NCBI GenBank assembly: GCA_052033955.1
Contig: JBPOJD010000023.1
Span: 1,602 to 65,601, forward strand
Direction of reading: 5' to 3'
Length of the DNA: 64,000 bases
Origin: Candidatus Hydrogenedentota bacterium
GTDB taxonomy: Bacteria; Hydrogenedentota; Hydrogenedentia; Hydrogenedentales; SLHB01
Of the stretch, positions 47,980 through 56,305 are shown one piece after another (the first letter of the stretch is position 1; every line of letters begins with the position of its first letter). The position numbers and the translations under genes are program-made. The notes below the pieces were generated by a model. That model was given only the letters and a program-made list of their open reading frames with translations. It did no database searches and had not been told where the DNA came from.

Positions 47980-48983
47980 GTACCCGTCCGGAGCACTTCC
48001 GGCACCACCAGCCCCGGCTCCACCTTTTCCAGCGGATTCTCATCCAGCCACGCCTGGGCCGCCGCCGCCGCCTCGGTGCCCGGATAGTCCTCGACAACCA
48101 CACGGTAGCAGACGTGGGCCGCATGGAACTGGCGCCGTTGCGCATAGAACTGCGCGGTCTGGAGGCGCTGCTGGGCAATGCGCTCACGCATCTCGGCACG
48201 CTTGACGTTCAAATCCTCACCGCGGTCGTCCAGCGGGAAACGCTCGCGGAAATCGTCCACCGCGTCAATGGCCAACTGACTCGGCGTCTGGTCATATTCA
48301 GGCCGGAGCGAGGCGTTGTAGTGGCACAGCGCCAACCCGTAGGCGGCTTCATCCACCCAGTCCGAGGTGCTGTAATCCTCGATCACCCGGCGGTACTCGA
48401 ACGCCGCCTCCACGTACTCCTCACGCGTGAAGTGGCACAGCCCAATCTTGTATTGCGCCTCGGCTGCCGCATCCGTGAACGGCTCGTTCTCGATCACCAT
48501 GCTGTAGACGTCAATGGCCCGCTGGAACGGACGGCCCTTGAAAAGCCGCCACTTCTTGTCCTGCCTGGCAATGCCGCGCTCGTAGTACTGGTCGCCGATC
48601 GCGTATTGCTTCGCGATCACCTCGTCGTACAGCTCGGACCCCGGATACTGCGAGATCACCTGCTGAAACTCGCGCGCGGCATCCATCAGTTTGCCCTGCG
48701 CCAGACGGATCTCGCCGCGCAGAAACTGCACGTCGTCCGCGTACTCCGAGTCCAGATAGAACTTGTCGAACTTCTCCGCCTCACGCCACGCCTTGCTGTA
48801 CTGCTCCTCGATCAGCAGGCTGCGCACATACTCCACCTGAAGCTCCGCCGTCTCCTTCGGCAACCGCTTCAGATTCACAAACCGCCCGGTCTGCGGTGTC
48901 CAAATCCACTGCGCCTCGGCCACCATCGCCGTCGCCAGACCGGCTCCGGCAAGGACCATCCCCAACATAAAGCGGTAACGCAT
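47976..48983 (-). CDS. bamD: TPR-repeat outer membrane assembly factor BamD/YfiO-like
   Basis: A signal peptide is followed by TPR-like repeats with the BamD-typical Y/A/E pattern. The gene overlaps lptE by 4 nt. Confidence 0.55.
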   Translation of the reverse strand: MRYRFMLGMVLAGAGLATAMVAEAQWIWTPQTGRFVNLKRLPKETAELQVEYVRSLLIEEQYSKAWREAEKFDKFYLDSEYADDVQFLRGEIRLAQGKLMDAAREFQQVISQYPGSELYDEVIAKQYAIGDQYYERGIARQDKKWRLFKGRPFQRAIDVYSMVIENEPFTDAAAEAQYKIGLCHFTREEYVEAAFEYRRVIEDYSTSDWVDEAAYGLALCHYNASLRPEYDQTPSQLAIDAVDDFRERFPLDDRGEDLNVKRAEMRERIAQQRLQTAQFYAQRRQFHAAHVCYRVVVEDYPGTEAAAAAQAWLDENPLEKVEPGLVVPEVLRTGT

Positions 48984-49169
48984 CGAATTCCTCCCGTAGG
49001 GACACTAAATATCGCCCGGCTGGGCCTTTAGCGAATACTATCAGGCCCCCCGGAAGCAAAGCAACCATACGAATCTCCGAACCCGGGCCGGTCTGGGACG
49101 GCTTCCCGCCATTGCGGGGCGGGAGACGCCTGAGGCCACGTGAAGGATCCCCGTATCCGCTTGCACCGT

Positions 49170-49547
49170 CTATGGACGGAATACCTTGAGCTGGATTTCC
49201 TCGATCACCCGGTAGTCTTTGGCATTTCCCGTGCAGAGAACCACTTCATTTTCTGCCGCGGTGGCGGCTATCAGCGCGTCCGGAACGCCCAGATTTGACT
49301 TCAGTGCATACTGCTCCAGATAGATCGCTGCGCGGTGCCCGATGTTCTCCGAAAGCGCCAGGATGGCAAATCCCAGGTCGCCGAGAAACGCCCGCGTCAA
49401 CCGCAGATCCGTCTTGTCCCGGGCGCCCTGCAACAACTCCATATAGCTCACCACGGACAGTTCCAGCCGGTCCGCCCGGTCAATGACGGTCGTCGCGCGC
49501 CTGTTCCCGCGCAACGCCCAGATAATCACATCCGTATCAACCAGCAT
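49170..49547 (-). CDS. vapC: PIN-domain toxin VapC
   Basis: MLVDTDVIIW...SVVSYMELLQGA...DALIAATA... shows the PIN acidic residues. The gene overlaps the antitoxin gene by 11 nt. Confidence 0.85.
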   Translation of the reverse strand: MLVDTDVIIWALRGNRRATTVIDRADRLELSVVSYMELLQGARDKTDLRLTRAFLGDLGFAILALSENIGHRAAIYLEQYALKSNLGVPDALIAATAAENEVVLCTGNAKDYRVIEEIQLKVFRP

Positions 49548-49782
49548 GGAAGCGTCCCTTCCGAAGCGCGCGAATGTATGCCGACGGATCGCCCATCTCC
49601 GGACGGTCAGCCCACATCCCAAATGCCTCGTGCCCAGCCGCGCTGGGTCGCGGCGCGTCGCGGATGGGCTCTATACGGGCGACCTTCTTCCCGCGGTTGG
49701 TCAGCGTAACGGTCTCATTTCGCGCAATCGCATCGAGGATCTTCCCGGGATTGCGCCTCATATCCAAGACAGTCACTTTCAT
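49537..49782 (-). CDS. Type II antitoxin (Phd/YefM-like)
   Basis: MKVTVLDMRRNPGKILDAIARNETVTLTNRGKKVARI is a typical Phd/YefM N-terminus. GGAGAGG Shine-Dalgarno. Confidence 0.8.
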   Translation of the reverse strand: MKVTVLDMRRNPGKILDAIARNETVTLTNRGKKVARIEPIRDAPRPSAAGHEAFGMWADRPEMGDPSAYIRALRKGRFHAG

Positions 49783-49918
49783 GGGATCACCTCTCCGTTA
49801 AGTGCATACTTATACTATGCTGTGCGCGGACCGGAATGTCAACACGGCCATCCCGCTGGAACCGCCTCCCACGGTTGTGCCACCCTGTACGGAGCGACAT
49901 CCGGAAAGGAGGCGGCGC

Positions 49919-51025
49919 GTGCACATCGGCGTACCCAGGGAGATCAAGCCCGGTGAGGGCCGGGTCGCGCTGACACCGGCCGGTGCGGCGGCCTTTGCCG
50001 CGCACGGACACACGGTGCTCGTCGAACGCGGCGCCGGACTCGGCAGCGGCCTGACGGATGACGCCTATGCCCGCGCGGGCGCCACCCTTGTGGACGACGC
50101 CGGGGATCTGTGGAAACGCGCCGAACTGGTCATGAAGGTCAAGGAACCGGTCGGGGCCGAGCTCGACTGGCTGCGGCCAGGGCAGATCCTCTACACCTAC
50201 CTGCACCTGGCGTCGAACGGCGGCCTCACGCGCCGGCTGGCCGCCGCCGGCGTCACCGCGTTTGCGTACGAAACCCTCCAACTGCCCGACGGCTCCCTGC
50301 CGCTGCTGATCCCGATGAGCGAAGTGGCCGGACGCCTCTCCGTTCAAAAGGGCGCACAATGTCTGGAGGCGACCAACGGCGGCGCGGGCATCCTGCTCGG
50401 CGGCGTGGCCAGCGTGCGCCCGGCCAAGGTGGTGATTCTGGGCGCGGGCGTCGCCGGGAGCAACGCCTGCTTCATCGCCGTCGGCATGGGCGCGCAGGTG
50501 ACCGTGCTCGACCTCGACCCGGCCAAGCTCCGCTACCTGCACGACATCATGGGCGGCCGCGTCGTCACCGTCATGTCCAACCGCGCCACCGTCGCCGAGG
50601 AAGTCGCCGAAGCCGATCTGGTCATCGGCTGCGTGCTCGTGCCCGGCGCGCGGACCCCGACCGTCGTCACCGAAGACATGGTGCGCGCGATGCGCCCGAA
50701 CGCCGCCATCGTGGACATCGCCATCGACCAGGGCGGCTGCGTCGCCACCTCGCGCCCGACCACCCACGCCGACCCCACCTACCGCCTGCACGACGTCGTC
50801 CACTACTGCGTGAGCAACATTCCCGGCGCCGTCCCCCGCACCGCCACCCTCGCCCTCACCAACGTCACCCTCACCTACGGCCTCGAACTCGCCGACAAGG
50901 GGTGGGAACGCGCCATCGCCGAGACCCCGGCCCTCCGCCGCAGCCTCAACGTCCACCGCGGCACCGTCACCTGCCGCCCCGTCGCCGAGGCCCTGGGCCT
51001 GGCGTATCAAGAGGCAGCGCCGTAG
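49919..51025 (+). CDS. ald: Alanine dehydrogenase
   Basis: GTG at 49919 sits behind a GGAAAGGAGG Shine-Dalgarno. Motifs seen: VHIGVPREIKPGEGRVALTP, VVILGAGVAGSNA and YCVSNIPGAVP. Confidence 0.9.
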   Translation: MHIGVPREIKPGEGRVALTPAGAAAFAAHGHTVLVERGAGLGSGLTDDAYARAGATLVDDAGDLWKRAELVMKVKEPVGAELDWLRPGQILYTYLHLASNGGLTRRLAAAGVTAFAYETLQLPDGSLPLLIPMSEVAGRLSVQKGAQCLEATNGGAGILLGGVASVRPAKVVILGAGVAGSNACFIAVGMGAQVTVLDLDPAKLRYLHDIMGGRVVTVMSNRATVAEEVAEADLVIGCVLVPGARTPTVVTEDMVRAMRPNAAIVDIAIDQGGCVATSRPTTHADPTYRLHDVVHYCVSNIPGAVPRTATLALTNVTLTYGLELADKGWERAIAETPALRRSLNVHRGTVTCRPVAEALGLAYQEAAP

Positions 51026-51350
51026 GACGCGGAACACCCCAAGGCCAAAATCGATGGGGGCCGCGCGGGGCTGAAGGTTGTCCCGACATCAATCACAGCG
51101 ACGTTGACGTCATTCCGAGTCACCGGCGGCACGCCGACAGTGTTGCGGTGCGGATAGGGATGACTTGGTCGGTGCGGTACATGATGCGTTCTCCCGGGGA
51201 CACGATGCGATGCGCCGCGCGCCACGCCGACGGGGCCCCAGCCGAGAACATCCCCCGTGGTCCGTGTTTGTGGGTTTTTCCGAGGGTTCGTGCTACACAA
51301 GCCCGGCGGGCACCGCGGGGGTGGTTGACATCGGTCGTATCAGGGTTATC

Positions 51351-51747
51351 GGGGGCGGGTTTCAAACCCGCCCCTACAGAGTCACAGGTCATATTGGGCG
51401 GGCGCGTTTTGGATCCCGCCGGTACGGGGGCATGCGCCGGATCTGGTACGGGCGGGCTTCAGCTCATGCGCCGCGTTTCGTATGGGCGGGTTTCAAACCC
51501 GCCCATACAGGGCATCGCGCGCCGGGTGTGTCGGATTTCGTGGGGGGACGGGTTTCAAACCCGCCCGTACAGGGTACCGCGCGCCGGGTGTGCCGCATTT
51601 CGCAGGGGCGGGCTTCAACCCCGCCCATACAGGGCATCGCGCGTCGGGTGTATCGCGTTTCGTAGGGGCGGGTTTCAAACCCGCCCATACAGGGCATCGC
51701 GCGTCGGCTGTGCCGCGTTTCGTAGGGGCGGGTTTCAAACCCGCCCC
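51351..51747. repeat. Tandem array of ~60-bp units, each with a GC-rich palindrome (GGGCGGGTTTCAAACCCGCCC). REP/BIME-like.
   Basis: Palindrome copies lie at ~51351, 51484, 51546, 51606, 51666 and 51726. Two decayed copies lie at ~51397 and ~51450. The four full units 51484-51724 are ~85-95% identical over the whole 60 bp, including the inter-palindrome part. Confidence 0.9.
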
Positions 51748-51882
51748 GATGCCCCACGTGACACATGATGTCATGGGATGAAATCTTGCGCGACGCTGCC
51801 CGGGACTCCCGTCATTTCAGAATCACCGCTCACGGTACTCGCCCAGCAGCGTGCGCGCGAGCTTCCCATCCGGTCTACCGCC

Positions 51883-52872
51883 TCACCCCCGCAGCGCCTC
51901 CACCGCCCTCTGAAAATCCTCCGGCAGGGGCGCGGTGAAGCGCATGGTCTCGTTTTTGGTGGGGTGGTGGAAACCGAGGTGTTCGGCGTGGAGGGCCTGG
52001 CCTTTCAGGGACTGCAATATCTCGCGGACGCCGTCGCTGATGTCCCACGTGGTGAAGTCGGTGACGCCGTAGACCGGGTCGCCGAGGACAGGGTGGCCGG
52101 CGAAGCGCAGGTGGACGCGGATCTGGTGGGTGCGGCCGGTCTCTAGCTGGAGCGCGATGAGACTGGCGAGACGGAGACCCTCGCGGACGGTGAAATGGGT
52201 CACGGCCTTGCGGCCGCGGATGCCGGTCACGGTCATGCGTTTGGGATCGGCGAGGCTGCGGCCGACGGCGGCCTGGATGCGGCCGGCACTTTCCTTGAAG
52301 ACGCCGCGCACGAGGGCGAGGTAACGCCGCTCGAAGGCGTGGTCGTGGGCCTGTTTGGCGAGCGAGGCGAACGCGGCCGGGCTTTTGGCGATCACCATGA
52401 CGCCCGAGGTGTCGCGGTCGAGCCGGTGAACGATGCCGGGCCGCGTGGCGTCGCCGCCGGACCGCGTGAAATCGGGGCAGTGATACAGCACGGCGTTCAC
52501 GAGGGTGCCGGTGTAGTTGCCCGGCGCGGGATGCACGACGAGTCCGGCCTGTTTGTTCACGACGAGCAGGTCGGCGTCTTCGTACAGGAGATCCAGCGGG
52601 ATATTTTCGGGCTCGACGGCGCTGGACGGCGGCGGCGGGATGGCGACGCGCAGGGTGTCGCCCTCGACCACGATGCGGCTCACGCGCGCGGCCACCTCGC
52701 CGTTCACCGTGACGGCGCCGGCCTTGACGAGCCGTTGCAGGAAGCTGCGGGACGCGTCCTCGATGGCCCCCGCGAGAAACACGTCGAGCCGGAGCCCGGC
52801 GGTCGCTTCGTCGACAACGGTCTCGATCACGCCCTCGCTGTCGGGGCGTTCTTCAAAGAAGCTGGGTTGCAC
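51883..52872 (-). CDS. rluD: RluA/RluD-family 23S rRNA pseudouridine synthase
   Basis: An S4-like N-terminus (GLRLDVFLA...) is present. Motifs seen: LVVNKQAGLVVHPAPG and GIVHRLDRDTSGVMVIAK. The start is uncertain. GTG 52872 overlaps the xylB end by 20 nt, and later in-frame GTGs are possible. Confidence 0.8.
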   Translation of the reverse strand: MQPSFFEERPDSEGVIETVVDEATAGLRLDVFLAGAIEDASRSFLQRLVKAGAVTVNGEVAARVSRIVVEGDTLRVAIPPPPSSAVEPENIPLDLLYEDADLLVVNKQAGLVVHPAPGNYTGTLVNAVLYHCPDFTRSGGDATRPGIVHRLDRDTSGVMVIAKSPAAFASLAKQAHDHAFERRYLALVRGVFKESAGRIQAAVGRSLADPKRMTVTGIRGRKAVTHFTVREGLRLASLIALQLETGRTHQIRVHLRFAGHPVLGDPVYGVTDFTTWDISDGVREILQSLKGQALHAEHLGFHHPTKNETMRFTAPLPEDFQRAVEALRG

Positions 52873-54379
52873 GGCGAAATCCCGGCGCGAGCGCCTGGTA
52901 GGTATCCTGATACAGCGCGAACCACTGATCGTAGGTCGCGGCGAGGGCGGCATCCGGCGGACACTCGTCCACGACGTGAATGGTCGCGTCGCAGGCCTCT
53001 TCGACCGACGTGTACGCGCCCGCGGCGACCATGGCCAGCACGGCCGCGCCGTAGGCGGGGCCTTCGTCGATGTTCAGCGTGACCAGCGGCGCGTGGTTGA
53101 TGTCGGCCTGAATCTGCCGCCACATGCGGCTGCGCGCGCCGCCGCCCGAGGCCCGCACCTGATTGATAGGCACGCCCATCTCGCGGACGATCTCGAGGCT
53201 GTCGCGCATGCCGAAGGCGACGCCTTCGAGCACGGCACGGGCCATGTGCGCGCGGGTATGCCGCAGCGACAGGCCGACGAACGCGCCCTTGGCGTAGGGG
53301 TCTTTGTGGGGCGTGCGCTCGCCGGTCAGGTAGGGCAGAAAGGTCAGTCCTTCGGCGCCGGGCGGGATGGTTCCCGCGGCTTCGGTGATAAATTCGTAGG
53401 CATCGCGGCCCGTCGCGCGGGCCACGTCGAGTTCGGCGCCGCAGGCCGTGTCGCGGAACCACCGCAGCGAGCCGCCCGCGCTGAGCATCACGCCCATCAC
53501 GTGCCACTTGCCGGGAACGGCGTGACAGAAGGTATGCACCCGGCCCTGCGGGTCGAGCGTGACCTGGTCGCTGAACGCGAACACGACGCCGCTCGTGCCG
53601 ACGGTGGCGCTGATGATGCCGGGCTTGACGATGCCGCAGCCGATGCCGCCCGCGGCCTGGTCGCCGCCGCCCGCCACGACGGGGATGCCCGCGGGCAGCC
53701 CGCATTGCGCCGCGGCCCGCGCAGACAGCGTGCCGGTGATCTCGGGGCCTTCAAAGGCCGGCGGCATGAACGACGCCGGGATGTCGAGGATCTGCATCAG
53801 TTCCGCATGCCAGGTCCGGCGCTTCACGTCAAACAGCAGCGTGCCCGAAGCGTCCGCGACGTCCGTCGCGAGTTCGCCGGTCAGTTCGTAGCGCACGTAG
53901 TCCTTCGGCAGGAGCACCTTGTGGACCTTCTCATAGGTCCCCGGCTCGTTGTCGCGCAACCAAAGGATTTTGGGGGCCGTGAATCCGGTCAGGGCCGGGT
54001 TGCAGACCATCTGGATGAGCCGTTCCGCGCCCACCTTTTCGGTGATGGCGTCGCACTGGGGAGCGGTGCGCTGGTCACACCAGAGGATGGCCGGCCGCAG
54101 CACGGCCATGTCTTTGTCCAGGAAGACCGAGCCGTGCATCTGCCCCGTAAGCCCGATGGCCTTCACGTCGCCCGCGTTGACCTTCGGGGACTGCGCGAGC
54201 TGGGTGAGCGCGGCGAAGGCGGCCTGTTTCCAGTCGGCGGGATTCTGCTCGGCCCAACCGGGCTTCGGACTGTACAGCGGATACTCGACCAGTGCGCTGG
54301 CCAGCAGCGTTCCCTTGTCGTTTACCGCGACGGCCTTGGTGCCGCTCGTCCCCACATCGATACCCAGCATTATACTCAT
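52853..54379 (-). CDS. xylB: Xylulokinase (FGGY family)
   Basis: ATG at 54379 sits behind an AGGAGGGA Shine-Dalgarno. Motifs seen: MLGIDVGTSGTKAV, GWAEQNPADW and GGGARSRMWRQIQADI. Confidence 0.85.
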   Translation of the reverse strand: MSIMLGIDVGTSGTKAVAVNDKGTLLASALVEYPLYSPKPGWAEQNPADWKQAAFAALTQLAQSPKVNAGDVKAIGLTGQMHGSVFLDKDMAVLRPAILWCDQRTAPQCDAITEKVGAERLIQMVCNPALTGFTAPKILWLRDNEPGTYEKVHKVLLPKDYVRYELTGELATDVADASGTLLFDVKRRTWHAELMQILDIPASFMPPAFEGPEITGTLSARAAAQCGLPAGIPVVAGGGDQAAGGIGCGIVKPGIISATVGTSGVVFAFSDQVTLDPQGRVHTFCHAVPGKWHVMGVMLSAGGSLRWFRDTACGAELDVARATGRDAYEFITEAAGTIPPGAEGLTFLPYLTGERTPHKDPYAKGAFVGLSLRHTRAHMARAVLEGVAFGMRDSLEIVREMGVPINQVRASGGGARSRMWRQIQADINHAPLVTLNIDEGPAYGAAVLAMVAAGAYTSVEEACDATIHVVDECPPDAALAATYDQWFALYQDTYQALAPGFRRATQLL

Positions 54380-54534
54380 GGCAACATCCCTCCTGGTGGC
54401 CTGCCCGGTCAATCTGCAATCCGTGATACTGGATGGTGTCCCGAAACCAATCACTTCCCCGTGATGCCGCGCCGGAACGACACGGGACGTAAACCCCTTG
54501 TCTGCACGAGGTGTCCGTTCCGGGACAGATTACA

Positions 54535-54568
54535 CGAAAAAGGCAGGACTTGTTAACCAAGCCCTGCC
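54535..54568 (-). terminator. Intrinsic terminator after rpsU
   Basis: The minus strand reads GGCAGGGCTTG-gttaa-CAAGTCCTGCC, an 11-bp stem with one G-U pair, followed by TTTTTCG. Confidence 0.7.
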
Positions 54569-54596
54569 GGTGCGCGTACCTACAATCTGTCTGGTT

Positions 54597-54779
54597 CTAT
54601 TCGGCGGAAGCGTTGCGCGAGATCGCCTTCGCCAGCTTGCGGCGGCGTTTTTCGCTCGGCTTTTCGAAGTGTTTGATCTCTTTGAGGCGCTGGAGGATAC
54701 CCTCCTTGTTGCACTTCTTTTTGAAGCGCCGCAACGCCTTCTCAAACGGTTCATCCGTTTTGACACGTACTTTCGTCAC
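54597..54779 (-). CDS. rpsU: 30S ribosomal protein S21
   Basis: MTKVRVKTDEPFEKALRRFKKKCNKEGILQRLKEIKHFEKPSEKRRRK is a canonical S21 sequence. GTG start behind a GAGGAGG Shine-Dalgarno. Confidence 0.93.
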   Translation of the reverse strand: MTKVRVKTDEPFEKALRRFKKKCNKEGILQRLKEIKHFEKPSEKRRRKLAKAISRNASAE

Positions 54780-54886
54780 GAGAACTCAACCTCCTCTCAA
54801 ACGGGGATGGGGCGGCCTGCAAGGCGGTTGTGACTCCACTCCATCAGCGGAATCGCGGGAAAAACTCCTCCGGCACCCGGAAACGT

Positions 54887-54915
54887 AGTGTATCAACCGC
54901 CGGCAAGGTTGTCAA
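54887..54915 (-). promoter_or_regulatory. Sigma70-type promoter for rpsU (TTGACA-N17-TACACT)
   Basis: The minus strand reads cattGACAaccttgccggcggttgaTACACT. It lies ~105 nt upstream of the rpsU start. Confidence 0.55.
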
Positions 54916-55023
54916 TGCGCCGGTTCGTCCGACAGTGGGCCGCCGCGGGACAGTGCAGCGATTGCTCATCCCTCACGGTGAAGGGGCGGCCGGGTCTGCC
55001 CAAGATTGGCGGAACGGCCCTGT

Positions 55024-56178
55024 CTACTGCGGCGAGCTTTGCGGACCCTCGGCGGCCGTCTTCCGGCGCTCTTCGTGCAGCGGGAGCGACAGCGAGCGCA
55101 GCGCCTTGTCCGGGAAAGCCGGGAAGGCCATGGTCGGCAGCGTCTGGTACCAGTACGCCGTCGAACAGACGTCGTCCACGCGCTCGTAGTTGCCGCCGGG
55201 GGCGTTCTTCTCGTACTCGCCTTCCAGAATGAAGCGGTCCATCGCCGGGCGCACGCCGATCTCGAGCGGGTCCACGCTGCCGTCGTTGCCGATCTGCTGG
55301 ATCGTCACCTTGATGTCCTCGCTGAAATAGACCGGGTCATGTCCGTGAAAACGGTAGAACGAGATGTACGGGTCGTCCATGTACGGCGCGCCGAATTCCC
55401 GCGCGTGGAACTGCCCCAGCCCCCACGCCGAGCACGCGTAGTCCTCGACGCCCGTGCCGCAAATCGTCGGATACGTCGTGTCGCCGTCAATGAACATCTT
55501 TACTTCGCCCTCGCCCCACCAGGCGCTGCACCCGTGATACCGGTCCACGATGCCGATGTTCGCCCCGAGAAAACGCCCCTTGCCTTTCACCCCGTCGAGG
55601 ATCACGTAGTCCTGATACAGGGTCGTCTTGGGCACGCGCCGGAACTGGGCGTGGAAATACGGCGTCTCGGCCGTGACCGCGTCGCCGATGGTGTAGTCGA
55701 CCTGATAGAAGAACATCCCGGCGTCCTCATCGCCCTCGTTGGTCACGGTGAGCAGCGCTTTTTTGGCGAAAGGCATCAGGAAGTAGCTGTTGAAACCCTT
55801 GCCCTCGGCCATGGTAAGGAACGCACACTCGAAATGCCGCATCTTGCCGTGGCACACGCCGAAGAAATCCGAGATGGGCGCCTCGACGGACGGGTGTTCC
55901 TGGCCGTCCCAGTAGAAGCGCAGGATCATGTTGCGGAGGGCCTTGGGCGTCTTGTTCGCGACGGTGATCCAGATGTGGCGGACCGCGCCGGGGCCGTCGA
56001 TCTCGGCAATCGTATAGGTCATGCCCTTGGCGAGGTTGGGCAGGCACGGCTCGCCCTTGCGGCCATCGAACACCTTGCCGCCCGCGCCCACATCGCCCTT
56101 CTTGTTCTCCGCCGTGATGGCGCGGCTCTTGATCGTGGGCGAGTACAGGGGGGTACCGAACAAATCGAAACTGCTCAT
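55024..56178 (-). CDS. DUF2961 / GH172-family glycoside hydrolase
   Basis: Motifs seen: ITAENKKGDVGAGGK, IAEIDGPGAVRHIWIT, RFYWDGQEHPSVEAPISDFFG and GEGEVKMFIDGD. Confidence 0.75.
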   Translation of the reverse strand: MSSFDLFGTPLYSPTIKSRAITAENKKGDVGAGGKVFDGRKGEPCLPNLAKGMTYTIAEIDGPGAVRHIWITVANKTPKALRNMILRFYWDGQEHPSVEAPISDFFGVCHGKMRHFECAFLTMAEGKGFNSYFLMPFAKKALLTVTNEGDEDAGMFFYQVDYTIGDAVTAETPYFHAQFRRVPKTTLYQDYVILDGVKGKGRFLGANIGIVDRYHGCSAWWGEGEVKMFIDGDTTYPTICGTGVEDYACSAWGLGQFHAREFGAPYMDDPYISFYRFHGHDPVYFSEDIKVTIQQIGNDGSVDPLEIGVRPAMDRFILEGEYEKNAPGGNYERVDDVCSTAYWYQTLPTMAFPAFPDKALRSLSLPLHEERRKTAAEGPQSSPQ

Positions 56179-56305
56179 GCTTGTGCACCTATGGTTGCCG
56201 CGGCGCGGCGTTACGTTGCGTTATGGAGATCAAGGAGCGAAAACGGTAACAGGTCCCACCGGCGAGTGCAAATGAACTTCGTCGAACGGCTGGCGCGAGC
56301 CGCCC

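Noticed and set aside
51351-51747. Interpreting the repeat array as a CRISPR locus
   Set aside because: The sequences between palindromes are themselves repeated at ~85-95% identity rather than being unique spacers. The period is a single 60-bp unit, and no cas genes are in the window.
50110-51768. A 552-aa plus-strand ORF overlapping ald out of frame and running through the repeat array. Also the 90-166-aa ORFs across 51120-51781.
   Set aside because: These are Arg/Pro/Gly-rich out-of-frame readings of ald and repeat-derived peptides (GFQTRPY, GLKPAPT). Translation of tandem repeats in every frame is an artefact.
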